Assembly: GCA_964291265.2 (NCBI GenBank)
Contig: OZ219747.1
Location: forward strand, 2,560,001-2,624,000
Length of the DNA stretch: 64,000 nt
Reading direction: 5' to 3'
DNA from: Alphaproteobacteria bacterium
GTDB taxonomy: Bacteria > Pseudomonadota > Alphaproteobacteria > SP197
Shown here: positions 30,875 through 43,193 of the stretch, one piece after another
Layout of the letters: every line of letters begins with the position of its first letter
Position numbering within the stretch: position 1 is the stretch's first letter
Position numbers and translations under genes: made by a program
The notes under the pieces: generated by a model
The model's input: the letters and a program-made list of their open reading frames with translations, nothing else
Told to the model about the DNA's origin: nothing
Databases searched by the model: none

Positions 30875-31607
30875 GACGACGCCTCCACCGCCATGACTGC
30901 CGCCAGCACGGCGAGCCGCTCGCCTTCGGGCATCGTCCGGTAGCGCCGCGCCCAGCTCTCTGCGAGGCGCTTGATGCGCTGGCGGTCGATCGAGTTCCTG
31001 CCCGCACACGTATGCCAGTGCGGTCGGCCCGGTGCGAAGTTGAACCACAGCTTCTCGGTGACAACGCAGGCCTGGTTGTTGACCTGGACCTCGGCCGAGC
31101 GCCAGCCGGCGAGGTGCGTGTCGTAGAGCCGCGAGGGATAGCCGGAGATCATCACCTGGCAGGGCAGCGACGTCAGGATGTCGAGGAGCGCAACATGGTC
31201 ATCGTCCGTGCAGTCGAAGCGGTAGCGGCGCTGCGACCGGCGCGTCGACTGCACGTAAGGCGGGTCGCAGTAGACCAGCTCGCGGCCCTGGAAGGCGAAG
31301 GTCTCGAGAAAACGCAGGGCGCAGCCTTGGTGAAGCTCCACCGGATAGTCACAGCGGAAGGTGTCGATCGCCCGGCGGTTGAGGTCAATGCCGATGCTGC
31401 GCAGCGCCGGTGGCTTGCGCTTCATGATCGCGCCGCCCCCAAGGAACGCCTCGATGTACACGTCATGCGGCGGCATGGCCGCGACGATCGCCTTATATGA
31501 CCAGGTTTTGTCCCCGTGATGATGCAATCATCCACAGCGGTTGGCGGCGGGAAAATGTGGACAACCCCGACTGTGGGAGAGGGCCCGGTCTATGGTTGCA
31601 GAGAGAT

Positions 31608-32756
<1,149 letters not shown>

Positions 32757-32785
32757 CCTTGCGAGTGAGCGAAGGAGACACCCTC

Positions 32786-33076
32786 ATGGCCCTCACCCCT
32801 GCCGAGAAGCAGCGCCGTTATCGGGAACGCCGCAAGGCCGGCATCCCTGCCGTCCACCACCGAAAGCCCTGCGACCGTCGTTCCCGTGCGCAACGCTGGC
32901 GCGATGCGGTGGCCGAGCTCGGTGCATTGCAGGAGCATTATCGAGACTGTCTCGACAGTCTTCCCGACTCCCTGCGCGACACGGCTTACGGAGAACGTCT
33001 GCAGATCATCGTCGAGGCCGACATCGAGGCTCTCGAGGAGATCGAACCGCCGCGCGGCTACGGACGGGACACATGA
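32786..33076 (+). CDS. IS110 accessory small basic protein (MALTPAEKQRRYRERRK..), 96 aa
   Basis: RBS AAGGAG; homolog at 4319..4609. Confidence 0.8.
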   Translation: MALTPAEKQRRYRERRKAGIPAVHHRKPCDRRSRAQRWRDAVAELGALQEHYRDCLDSLPDSLRDTAYGERLQIIVEADIEALEEIEPPRGYGRDT

Positions 33077-33330
33077 CACCTGGAACCCCCTTGATCACGG
33101 TAACGTTACCATGCCCGGGGACGCTGGGCGGCAAGGTGGCCGCGCTCATCGGTAACGTTACCGTGATCAATGGACGGCAACTCGCTCATGCCGCCGGGAC
33201 GCATGACACCTGGAACTTCATCAAACACGGTAACGTTACCATGTCCGGGAACGCCGGCGGCAAAGCGACCGCACTCGCCGGTAACGTTACCATGATCAAT
33301 GGACAACAACCCGCCCATGCCGCCGGGACC
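33065..33330. repeat. Two ~130-bp units containing four GGTAACGTTACC palindromes
   Basis: Palindromes at 33099, 33151, 33229 and 33280. Confidence 0.92.
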
Positions 33331-33594
33331 ACAAGCTGCATGTCGCCTCGCTCGCAGGACAAGAACATCGACAAGGCGGAACCCCAGACCGCTGTGGACA
33401 ACCACAGAAAACATCACCACGGACACCCGCAAAAAACCTTGCCGGGAAACATGGATGCTGGCTCAGACCCGTCGTCGCCTTCGATCCATACCATGCCGCC
33501 ATCAATATCTCCGACGCAAACCGCCCCGATGGCCAGCATGTAGAGTGCCCCTCCTACAATGTCAAGCGCATATCTCCAGAGGATTGGAAAGGCA

Positions 33595-33648
33595 GCCAAC
33601 CGCTGTGGATGATTGCATCATCACGGGGACAAAACCTGGCCATATAAG
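33595..33648 (-). other. 54-bp copy of the IS110 left end (starting at the CT core) inside IS66-B
   Basis: rc CTtatatggccaggttttgtccccgtgatgatgcaatcatccacagcggttggc differs from 31492-31545 at one base; also present at 45427-45480. Confidence 0.9.
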
Positions 33649-35023
33649 GCCGGAACGTGGAGCTGAAGACGAAGATCGATCCGCTTCTTGTCAGTCGGAA
33701 CACGCACATCCGATCATCGGAAGCGAGCAAGTGAAGGCGGCAAGAGACAATGCCGGATTCGAACCCGTCAGGAAAAACGATCCGTCATCAGTAGGGGGTG
33801 AGTAGTTACCCCGGTTCCATGAGGTCCCTTCGACGCTCCGGGGTCATCGACCATGGCAGCCACGGGTCGAGGTCATCCGGCGGCTTGCCGCCGTTCTGCG
33901 CGCAGGCCTCAAGCCACTCATGAAGCCAGCGCCGAACATTGATGTTGTTCATGGCAAGGGTGCCGATGACCGAGTACATGATGGCGGTGAAGGCGGCGCC
34001 TTCCTCGCTGTCGGAGCCGAAGCTCAGCTTTCTCGCGGTCACCGCACCCCGGAGGGTTCTCTCGGCAAAGTTGTTGTCCATGGGCACCTGGGGATGGTCG
34101 ACAAAGACGCACAGTCCCTCGCGGTGACGGATCAGGGAACGCAAGGGCTTCGCTTCGCGTGCACCCTCGGGCAAGGCGTCGAGTTCCTCCTGAGCCTGCC
34201 TGAACAGCGCCTCGACAGCCGCACGAAGGTCCTTCTGCAGGGCATTGAACCTCGCTGACTGACGCTTGCGTGCGGGATCGTAGTGCTTCAGCCGTTGCCC
34301 ATTCAGTGTGTAGATCAGCGCGATCCTGTCGAGCCACTTGTCGCACCACTCTTCCAGCCCCTCTTGGCCTGCCGCAGCCTCGATCACATCGCGCCTGGAG
34401 TGCGCCCAGCAAAGGCAGAGGATCACCTTGCCATCAAGCTCACGCTCCAGTTTCCTGTAGACCGCGTAGCGATCGCAGACAAGGAAGACGGTGCCTTCGG
34501 TGGAGGCGAACAGCACCATGGCCACCCGGGTGCTGCGTGACGGGTCGATAAGGAAGAAGACGGAGTCGGCGCTGACCGCGGTCCACAGCCAGGCCTTCTG
34601 CGAGCGCCCCGAGGCCTTGAGGGACTGGATGCGGTGTGCCAGCATCCATGTTTCCCGGCAAGGTTTTTTGCGGGTGTCCGTGGTGATGTTTTCTGTGGTT
34701 GTCCACAGCGGTCTGGGGTTCCGCCTTGTCGATGTTCTTGTCCTGCGAGCGAGGCGACATGCAGCTTGTGGTCCCGGCGGCATGGGCGGGTTGTTGTCCA
34801 TTGATCATGGTAACGTTACCGGCGAGTGCGGTCGCTTTGCCGCCGGCGTTCCCGGACATGGTAACGTTACCGTGTTTGATGAAGTTCCAGGTGTCATGCG
34901 TCCCGGCGGCATGAGCGAGTTGCCGTCCATTGATCACGGTAACGTTACCGATGAGCGCGGCCACCTTGCCGCCCAGCGTCCCCGGGCATGGTAACGTTAC
35001 CGTGATCAAGGGGGTTCCAGGTG

Positions 35024-35314
35024 TCATGTGTCCCGTCCGTAGCCGCGCGGCGGTTCGATCTCCTCGAGAGCCTCGATGTCGGCCTCGACGATGATCTGCA
35101 GACGTTCTCCGTAAGCCGTGTCGCGCAGGGAGTCGGGAAGACTGTCGAGACAGTCTCGATAATGCTCCTGCAATGCACCGAGCTCGGCCACCGCATCGCG
35201 CCAGCGTTGCGCACGGGAACGACGGTCGCAGGGCTTTCGGTGGTGGACGGCAGGGATGCCGGCCTTGCGGCGTTCCCGATAACGGCGCTGCTTCTCGGCA
35301 GGGGTGAGGGCCAT
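35024..35314 (-). CDS. IS110 accessory small protein, copy 2
   Basis: Same translation as 32786..33076. Confidence 0.8.
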   Translation of the reverse strand: MALTPAEKQRRYRERRKAGIPAVHHRKPCDRRSRAQRWRDAVAELGALQEHYRDCLDSLPDSLRDTAYGERLQIIVEADIEALEEIEPPRGYGRDT

Positions 35315-35343
35315 GAGGGTGTCTCCTTCGCTCACTCGCAAGG

Positions 35344-36309
<966 letters not shown>

Positions 36310-36958
36310 TTATGATGATTCGGTTCAAACCCAGGCATCCATTCAGGACGCAAGGGACGCCAAGGGAGGTTGGCCGACCAAGCTGGCACACGGCTCCGTA
36401 AGGCCAAGGCGAAAACGGTCCGACCAACCTCCGCGGAGATCGTTTGATCCCCGCACCCCGCTCCCCTGTGCTTGATCGCGCAGGGGAGCGGAATCTCTCT
36501 GCAACCATAGACCGGGCCCTCTCCCACAGTCGGGGTTGTCCACATTTTCCCGCCGCCAACCGCTGTGGATGATTGCATCATCACGGGGACAAAACCTGGT
36601 CATATAAGGCGAACTGGCGGAAGGTAGGGGGTGAAAGTCCCCTGAAACGAAGGAGTAACCAAACCACGTTTCTCCGCGAGCCGTGCGTCGGTTCCCGCGA
36701 GGGGGCAGGCGAAGCGTCGGTAGCGGTACGGATGGGCAGGGCTAATGAGCACCGAAAAGTCCGTTGTTCGGGGTGCCGAGGCTTTCGCATCGGTCGAAGG
36801 CAACATCGCAGGCATCGATTTGGTGAGATGTCGGCGAGCCCCGCGGTGTCGGAGAACCCATGCACGTCCGCACGCCTTCTGTTGGGACCCTGGGAGGTCT
36901 TCGAACTATCCCGCCTGTCGTGGCGGGACCGTGTAGGGAAAGGAGAAAGCCGAAGCCT

Positions 36959-38446
36959 ATGAGGAACGGTTTGAAGAAGTCGGATGGGGCCGTAAGACCG
37001 GTGAAGGCGGCGAACAAGGGAGCGTCAGCTTCTGCGGAGTCGCTGGAGGAAAGGGCCTCAACCAAGGGGAATCCGGGACGCCAAAGCACGCACCGAACGC
37101 AGTGTCGGGCAAGTGTGCCACAGGCGGCGGACCGGATACGGGAAGCTGCAGAGAGGAACCCGAAGGAGCGTCTCACTGCACTCTTCCATCACATTACGCC
37201 GGACGCGCTCCGGGCGGCCTACTTCGGTTTGAAGAAGGAAGCCTCGGCAGGTGTCGACGGCGTGACGTGGGCGGCGTATGGCGAGGGTCTGGACGAGCGC
37301 TTGCTTGATCTGCACTCGCGCCTGCATCGTGGGGGAGCGTACCGGGCGCCGCCGGTTCGGCGGGTTGAGATACCCAAGCCGGACGGCGGGACACGACCGC
37401 TCGGGATTGCCGCACTGGAGGACAAGATCGTCCAGAAGGCGGTTGTGGATGTGATCCTGACACCGATTTATGAGGTGGAGTTCCTTGGCTTCAGCTACGG
37501 GTTCCGACCGGGCCGAGGGGCGCATGACGCTCTCGACGCCCTGGCGTTCGGGATCGAGCGGCGCAAGGTCAACTGGATAGTCGACGCGGACATTCAGGGG
37601 TACTTCGACACAATCCCGAGGGATTGGTTGATCAAGTTCCTGGAGCATCGCATTGGCGACAGGCGGGTGATCCGTCTGATCCGCAAGTGGCTGAACGCTG
37701 GCGTCATGACCGACGGATCATGGAGCGACACCGGTGCGGGCACGCCTCAGGGCGCCATTGTCAGCCCCTGCCTGGCGAACGTGTTTCTGCACTACGTGCT
37801 CGATCTGTGGTTTCACAAGGCATGGCGTCCGAAGGTTCCGAACGGTAAAGCGATCATTGTCCGCTACGCGGACGATATTGTGGTCGGGTTCCAGCATAAG
37901 CGGGATGCGGAGACATACCTTCGCGACGTTCGGGAGAGGCTGGACCGCTTTGGTCTCACCCTTCACCCGGACAAGACCCGTCTCGTTGAGTTTGGACGGT
38001 TTGCCAAGGCGAACCGGCGATCTCGCGGGGCGGGCAGGCCGGAGACGTTCGACTTCCTGGGCTTCACGCACTTCTGCACGGAGACCCGGAGAGGACGCTT
38101 CAGGCTTGGTCGCAAGCCGGTCGCAAAACGGGTCGCAAGGACCCTGGCGCGCATCGAGGAGGTGCTTCGCAATCGACGGCATCACGACATATGGGAGGTC
38201 GGCATGTGGCTTGGGCGAGTTGTCAATGGCTGGTCCAACTACTTCGCCGTTCCGGGGTCGACCCGATGGCTGCGCACGTTCCGCCAAAGGCTGCAACGCC
38301 TATGGCTGCGAGCGATCCGCCGCCGCTCCCAGCGCCACTGCTTTGACTGGAAGCGATTGGAGCGCATGACCGAGCTTCTTTGGCCGCGCGTCTCCATCCG
38401 CCACCCATGGCCGGACCAGCGGTTTACCGTCAAGCACCCGAGGTAG
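36959..38446 (+). CDS. ltrA: Group II intron reverse transcriptase/maturase without endonuclease domain
   Basis: RPLGI, SYGFRPGR, DADIQGYFD, GTPQG, YADD, FDFLGF; ends at HPWP. Confidence 0.95.
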   Translation: MRNGLKKSDGAVRPVKAANKGASASAESLEERASTKGNPGRQSTHRTQCRASVPQAADRIREAAERNPKERLTALFHHITPDALRAAYFGLKKEASAGVDGVTWAAYGEGLDERLLDLHSRLHRGGAYRAPPVRRVEIPKPDGGTRPLGIAALEDKIVQKAVVDVILTPIYEVEFLGFSYGFRPGRGAHDALDALAFGIERRKVNWIVDADIQGYFDTIPRDWLIKFLEHRIGDRRVIRLIRKWLNAGVMTDGSWSDTGAGTPQGAIVSPCLANVFLHYVLDLWFHKAWRPKVPNGKAIIVRYADDIVVGFQHKRDAETYLRDVRERLDRFGLTLHPDKTRLVEFGRFAKANRRSRGAGRPETFDFLGFTHFCTETRRGRFRLGRKPVAKRVARTLARIEEVLRNRRHHDIWEVGMWLGRVVNGWSNYFAVPGSTRWLRTFRQRLQRLWLRAIRRRSQRHCFDWKRLERMTELLWPRVSIRHPWPDQRFTVKHPR

Positions 38447-39583
38447 GAGCCGGATGGATTAACGTCCATGTCCGGATCTGTGCGGGGGGTGCGCAGCAAT
38501 GCGCATCCCTACCGCGACCCAGCTGGTCTCGTCGCCGTGGCGCACCGTCAGCCGGTTCTGATGATCGAGGATGGCCTGAGCGAGAGGCGCGAACATCGGC
38601 GTCATCTTCTTCATGCCGCCAGCGATCGTTCCCGGCGCCATCGGCAGTCCCTGGTCTTCCAGCCATCGCGAGACCCGGCGCAGGGGACGCAAGCAGGCGA
38701 AGCGCTCATAGAGCACGCATTCCCAGACACTGATGCCGAAGGGGGTATTCGCAAGCAAGCGCAAAGGTGGCGGCGCGATGATCTCCGCAGGCGCCGACGA
38801 ACACTGACAACCACGGCGCCAACGCCCACGCTCAATCCGCCGGGTATGAGCCTTGACATGGACCTCCATGATCGAGGTCTCGTGGCTGCCGTTGGCCACG
38901 TAGGGCTCGCCGCAACACGGGCACGTGCGCTGCGATGCCGGTGGATCATGGCGCTCGTGCTTCTCCTCGAGCTTCGGACGCGGGGTGCGCCCGTGGCCGC
39001 TCTTGCCGGGTTGCTGACCCCGCTTGTTCCCGGTGCCTTCCTTCTTCTTCCGCTTCTCGCTCTTCGACCCGAAGCGCGCCGTCGCGTGCTTGGCACGCGT
39101 CCCGCGGAGATTCCTCAGCTCGCTCGCCTGTTCAGCGTTCTTGAGCTTCAGAGCGTCCCTTTCCTGCTCCAGCGCCTCCGCCAGGTCCTGTCCACGCTTC
39201 ACCTCCCGGCGAGCCTCCTCGAGCTGATGACGAGTGCGGTCGAGATGAAACTTGAATGTGCCCGCACGGGCACGGGCAGAATTCTTCGCACGGCGCAGGT
39301 CACGCATGCTCGCTTCCGCCGCATCCGCACGAACCCGCTCCGCCTCATAGAGCGCCTGCCAGTCAGGCGCCTCGCATGACAAGGCCGCTGACGCCCGACA
39401 TAGGCCGTCACCACCTCCCGTCAGCTGCTGTGTCGCTCCGCGCGTCTCGGCAAAAGTCTTCATGGCCTCGACCATAATCGAGACCAAACGAGTTTACCAG
39501 CACTTTCTCAGACGATAGTCAGCAAGACCCAAACCAACCAAAATCAGCCATCACCGCACGGCCGAACGCTTACGGACCAGCAT

Positions 39584-42489
39584 CAGACGTCCTGACTTCG
39601 GAAAGCTGTCTTGGGTCTGACGGAGCCCTTTTCCACAGGGAAACCAAGGGTTTTCAGGGTTTGGTGGGCTTGACAAGTGAATCTGCTGTCGAGCAAGGTA
39701 CGCAACCCCACTTTCTTTCTCCAGGTGGCCCATGGACACGCTTCCCCTGTCCCCTCCCGAGGCGGTTCCGATCGGACATTCCTGCTTCTCGTTCGCCGAG
39801 AACGAACGCGGTCAGGTGGTCTATTTTTCGAACCTCGAACCTTACGACTTTCACGATGTGGACGATCGCGGCGCCTGGCTCCTGCGGGCGGCCCGCCTGG
39901 CCGAGAGCGGGGTGCGCCGAGCGGACATCCGGATGGCCTTCGGTCTCTCTCGCACGACCCTGCAGCGGTCGGTGAACCGATTGCGCGATGAGGGCGAGGC
40001 CGGCTTCCTGCAGTTCTGTCCGGTACGCGGGGTGAGCGCGATCACGGGGGAGATGAAGGAGCGTGCGACGCGTCTGCTGGCCGAGGGGATGAGCGGTGCG
40101 GCGGTGGCGCGGGAACTGGGGCTGTCGAAGGAGACGCTGAACTACAACCGCCGGCGCGGCCATCTTGCGCCCGCGGGTTCGGGGGACGGTGCTGCCGCTC
40201 GCGGACTTCGTCCGTGCCGCGAGGTCCCGGCGCTCTCGGCCGCGACGAAGGAGCAGGCTCTCGGTCTCCTGGCCGAGGGGAGGAGCGATGCGGCGGTGGC
40301 CCGTGCTCTGGGGCTGTCGAAGGAGATGTTGCAGGCCCACCGCCGGAAGGGGCATCTGCCTTCCGCGGGACCGGTTGGAGGCTCCGGCGTGTCCGGTGTC
40401 CGTCCGGGTGGGAGTGGCCGCGTGGTGATCACGCAGGAGATCCGCGAGGAAGCGGACCGTCTGCTGGCCGAGGGCAAGAGCGTGTCGGCGGCGGCCCGCG
40501 AACTCGGCGTGAACGCCGCGACCCTGAACTACCATCGCCGGAAGGGTTCGATCGGCGCGGCGCGGCCGGAGGCCGCGACTGCCGGGTCCGGCCCGGATGC
40601 ATCGGAGAAGCCCGATGGGCCGCAAGAAGTGTCCATGCCGGCCTGCGACACCGAGGTCTGCGGATCCCCGGCGCCGCGTCCGCTCGACCGCGCCGCCCGC
40701 GACGATCGGGACCGTTCGGCGCCGATGGGTCGCGGTGCGCGGGACGGCATGGGGCGGGTCGCGGCCGCAGTCGGAAAGTTGCCCGAGGCGCAGCCCCGGT
40801 TTGCCGAGGCCCTGTCGGCGGTGGCGCACGGCGGCGTGCTCGCGGCGCTGCCGGCGCTTCTCCGGGAGGGGCTGCTGAAGCACGCGCCCGCGTTCCTGTC
40901 ATTGCCGAAGGGGTACTACGGGGTGACGAGCATCCTGTTGCTGCAGGCCTTTCTCCTGCTGGCCCGGGTGCGGAACGCGGAGGCGCTACGCTACCAGTCC
41001 CCGGGGGAATGGGGCGCCATCCTGGGTCTGGACCGCTGTCCGGAGGTCAAGACGCTGCGGAGCAAGGTTCGCGCGCTGGCGGCGGATGCGGAACGGCTCA
41101 CGGCGTGGCAGGGCGCACTGGCGAGGGACTGGTGCGCGGAGGACCCGGAGGCGACCGCGACGCTGTCGGTCGACGGTCACGTGAAAGTGTATACCGGCCG
41201 CAAGGGGGTTAAGCCGAAGCACTTCGTGTCTCGTCAGAAGCTCTGCCTGCCGGCTTCGGTCAGCTCCTGGGTCCATGCGCTTGGCGGTCGGCCGCTGCTG
41301 TGCCTGCACAAGAACCTCGATCCCACCCTGACCCGCGCCCTGGAACGGGATGTTCTGCCGGCGCTGGAGGAGTTGGGCGTGGCGGGGCCGGATGCACCGG
41401 ATCTCACCACTGCCGACATGGCCGTGCCGGCCCTGACGCTGGTCTTCGACCGGGAGGGCTGGAGTCCGGCCCTGTTCCGTCGTCTCGCCCGGCGCGGGAT
41501 CGCGGTGATCACCTGGCACAAGAATTTCAAGGGCAAGGACTGGCCGGAAGAGGAGTTCTCCCTCGAGACGGTGCCGATTCACGGCCCCGGAGGCGATCGC
41601 ACGAGCAACATCTGGCTGGCCGAGAAGCGCATCCGCCTGCACGACGGTCCCGAGGTCCGGCAGATCCGCCGTCGGCTGAACGACGGCCGCCAGATCGCCC
41701 TGATCACCACGGACTTCCACCTGTCGCGGGCCCGGGTCGCGAGTGCCCTGTTCTCGCGATGGTCCCAGGAGAACTTCTTCAAGTACGCTCGGGAAGAATT
41801 CCACCTCGACTCCCTGCCGGTGCACAGTCTGGTCCCCCAGGATCCGGACGCACAGGTCATCAACCCGGACTGGCGCAACAGGGACCGCGAGCTGCGCCGC
41901 CGCCGGCAGGCACTCGGCACGCTCCGCAACCGGATCGCCGAACTGGAACGCAAGCCCGAACCCTCCAACGCAATCCTCCGGAAAGTCGGACAACTGCAGG
42001 CCGAGAAGGAGACACTCGAAGCCAGGATCAAGACCCTGCAACAAGAACGCAAGGAAACCCCGAAGTATGTCCGGGTCAAGGATCTCAGAGACGATCAAGC
42101 CCTCGATGCCCTGGCGTCCCGGGAGAGGCACTGGCTCGACATCCTGCGCATGATCGCCTACCGCGCCGAAACCCGGATGATGGCGGCCGTGGCCAGGGAG
42201 CAGGGCAAGAAACAGCGACCGCGAAGACACCTCCGCGCACTCCTGCAGGCCGACGCCGACATCCTCCCCGACCCCGAACGGGGCATCCTCCGGGTGCGCA
42301 TCCTCGGAACCGCATGCAACGCCAGCGATGACGCCATCGCAGGGCTGCTGCAGGAACTCAACGATACCCGCACACGCTTTCCAGGAACCGAACTCCGCAT
42401 GGTCTACGAACTGCCCGAGAAGCCCACCTGAACGGCCACCAAGGGTTCACACTTCTTGATCGCCAACACTCCCGAAGTCAGGACGTCTG
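39584..42489 (+). mobile_element. Unclassified DDE insertion sequence (2.9 kb)
   Basis: IRs CAGACGTCCTGACTTCGGGA; TSD AGCAT (or GCA if the IR is one base longer). Confidence 0.88.
39732..42431 (+). CDS. Large putative transposase with repeated HTH modules
   Basis: VDGH, LVFDREGWS, SRWSQENFFK; three LLAEG.S..A.ARELG repeats. Confidence 0.82.
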   Translation: MDTLPLSPPEAVPIGHSCFSFAENERGQVVYFSNLEPYDFHDVDDRGAWLLRAARLAESGVRRADIRMAFGLSRTTLQRSVNRLRDEGEAGFLQFCPVRGVSAITGEMKERATRLLAEGMSGAAVARELGLSKETLNYNRRRGHLAPAGSGDGAAARGLRPCREVPALSAATKEQALGLLAEGRSDAAVARALGLSKEMLQAHRRKGHLPSAGPVGGSGVSGVRPGGSGRVVITQEIREEADRLLAEGKSVSAAARELGVNAATLNYHRRKGSIGAARPEAATAGSGPDASEKPDGPQEVSMPACDTEVCGSPAPRPLDRAARDDRDRSAPMGRGARDGMGRVAAAVGKLPEAQPRFAEALSAVAHGGVLAALPALLREGLLKHAPAFLSLPKGYYGVTSILLLQAFLLLARVRNAEALRYQSPGEWGAILGLDRCPEVKTLRSKVRALAADAERLTAWQGALARDWCAEDPEATATLSVDGHVKVYTGRKGVKPKHFVSRQKLCLPASVSSWVHALGGRPLLCLHKNLDPTLTRALERDVLPALEELGVAGPDAPDLTTADMAVPALTLVFDREGWSPALFRRLARRGIAVITWHKNFKGKDWPEEEFSLETVPIHGPGGDRTSNIWLAEKRIRLHDGPEVRQIRRRLNDGRQIALITTDFHLSRARVASALFSRWSQENFFKYAREEFHLDSLPVHSLVPQDPDAQVINPDWRNRDRELRRRRQALGTLRNRIAELERKPEPSNAILRKVGQLQAEKETLEARIKTLQQERKETPKYVRVKDLRDDQALDALASRERHWLDILRMIAYRAETRMMAAVAREQGKKQRPRRHLRALLQADADILPDPERGILRVRILGTACNASDDAIAGLLQELNDTRTRFPGTELRMVYELPEKPT

Positions 42490-42681
42490 AGCATCGCCAC
42501 CGTGCGTCATCAAGATCAGAACCGTATTCCGAAGCATCGGCTGCTCTTCCGATGGCGGCATGGCGCCGAGCAGTCGCCCGAACCCCTCGCCGTCTATAGA
42601 GCCGCTGTAAACGAATACCGCCGCGTCGAGAGACGCAGAGACAGCGTTCGCGGCTTCGACCACCTCTTCAGGAGGTTGCAT
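42490..42681 (-). pseudogene. N-terminal fragment of a Clp-fold/SDH-type serine protease
   Basis: VFVYSGSID..VLILMTHGGDA, then cut by IS insertions. Confidence 0.6.
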
Positions 42682-42892
42682 CGGTCCGCCAACGAGCGCG
42701 AGCCGCTTCCTTGGTCATCTCGGAACGCCGTTCTGGGCTGAGCTTCTTGGCGCGTGCCTGCCCGTCCTTCAGACCATCTGCGCGTGCGAATTCGTTCACC
42801 GGCGTCGTGGCCAGCGTTTCGCGGCGCCTGCCCGTCGCCACATCAACGATATGCTTGGCGAGCTGGCTGGTGTCGCGGGGTCTCTTGTCCAT
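42668..42892 (-). CDS. Small basic protein (KRPRD.SQLAK..ARAKKLSPERRSE..AARARW)
   Basis: Recognisable small family often seen near mobile DNA; function unknown. Confidence 0.65.
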   Translation of the reverse strand: MDKRPRDTSQLAKHIVDVATGRRRETLATTPVNEFARADGLKDGQARAKKLSPERRSEMTKEAARARWRTDATS

Positions 42893-43193
42893 GTGCGCAC
42901 TATGGCATGGCCTAGATCGTAGGGAAAGGGGACTGGCCGGCATGTGTCCCCGTGCTGCATACCTCATAGCGTTCGCGCGGGCCGGAGTTCAGCATCGGCA
43001 CCGGGTGAGGGAGGCTGAATGAGGCGGTGCATAAGCGGAGCGGCGTGTGCAGCAGCCATTGTCACGGCATCCGGGTTATGGGGGACTTGGGCGGACATGA
43101 AGGAAATCTGCACGGGTAAGCGTTCGGACTGCACCACTTGAGGGTCCCGGCCTTCTGGGTCTGAAGGACTTTTCAATCGCAGGTGGTAACTAC

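Noticed and set aside
33065-33330. CRISPR-like array of palindromic repeats
   Set aside because: Repeats are only 12 bp, the spacers are duplicates of each other (two ~130-bp units), and no cas genes are present.
33073-33543. 156-aa ORF with NVT repeats (and mirror 34440..35027)
   Set aside because: A translation of the palindromes that runs across the IS110 boundary into different flanks in the two copies.
36959-38446. Retron, DGR or defence RT
   Set aside because: Flanked by a group II intron 5' GUGYG and domain V/VI with precise exon junctions; no TR/VR pair seen.
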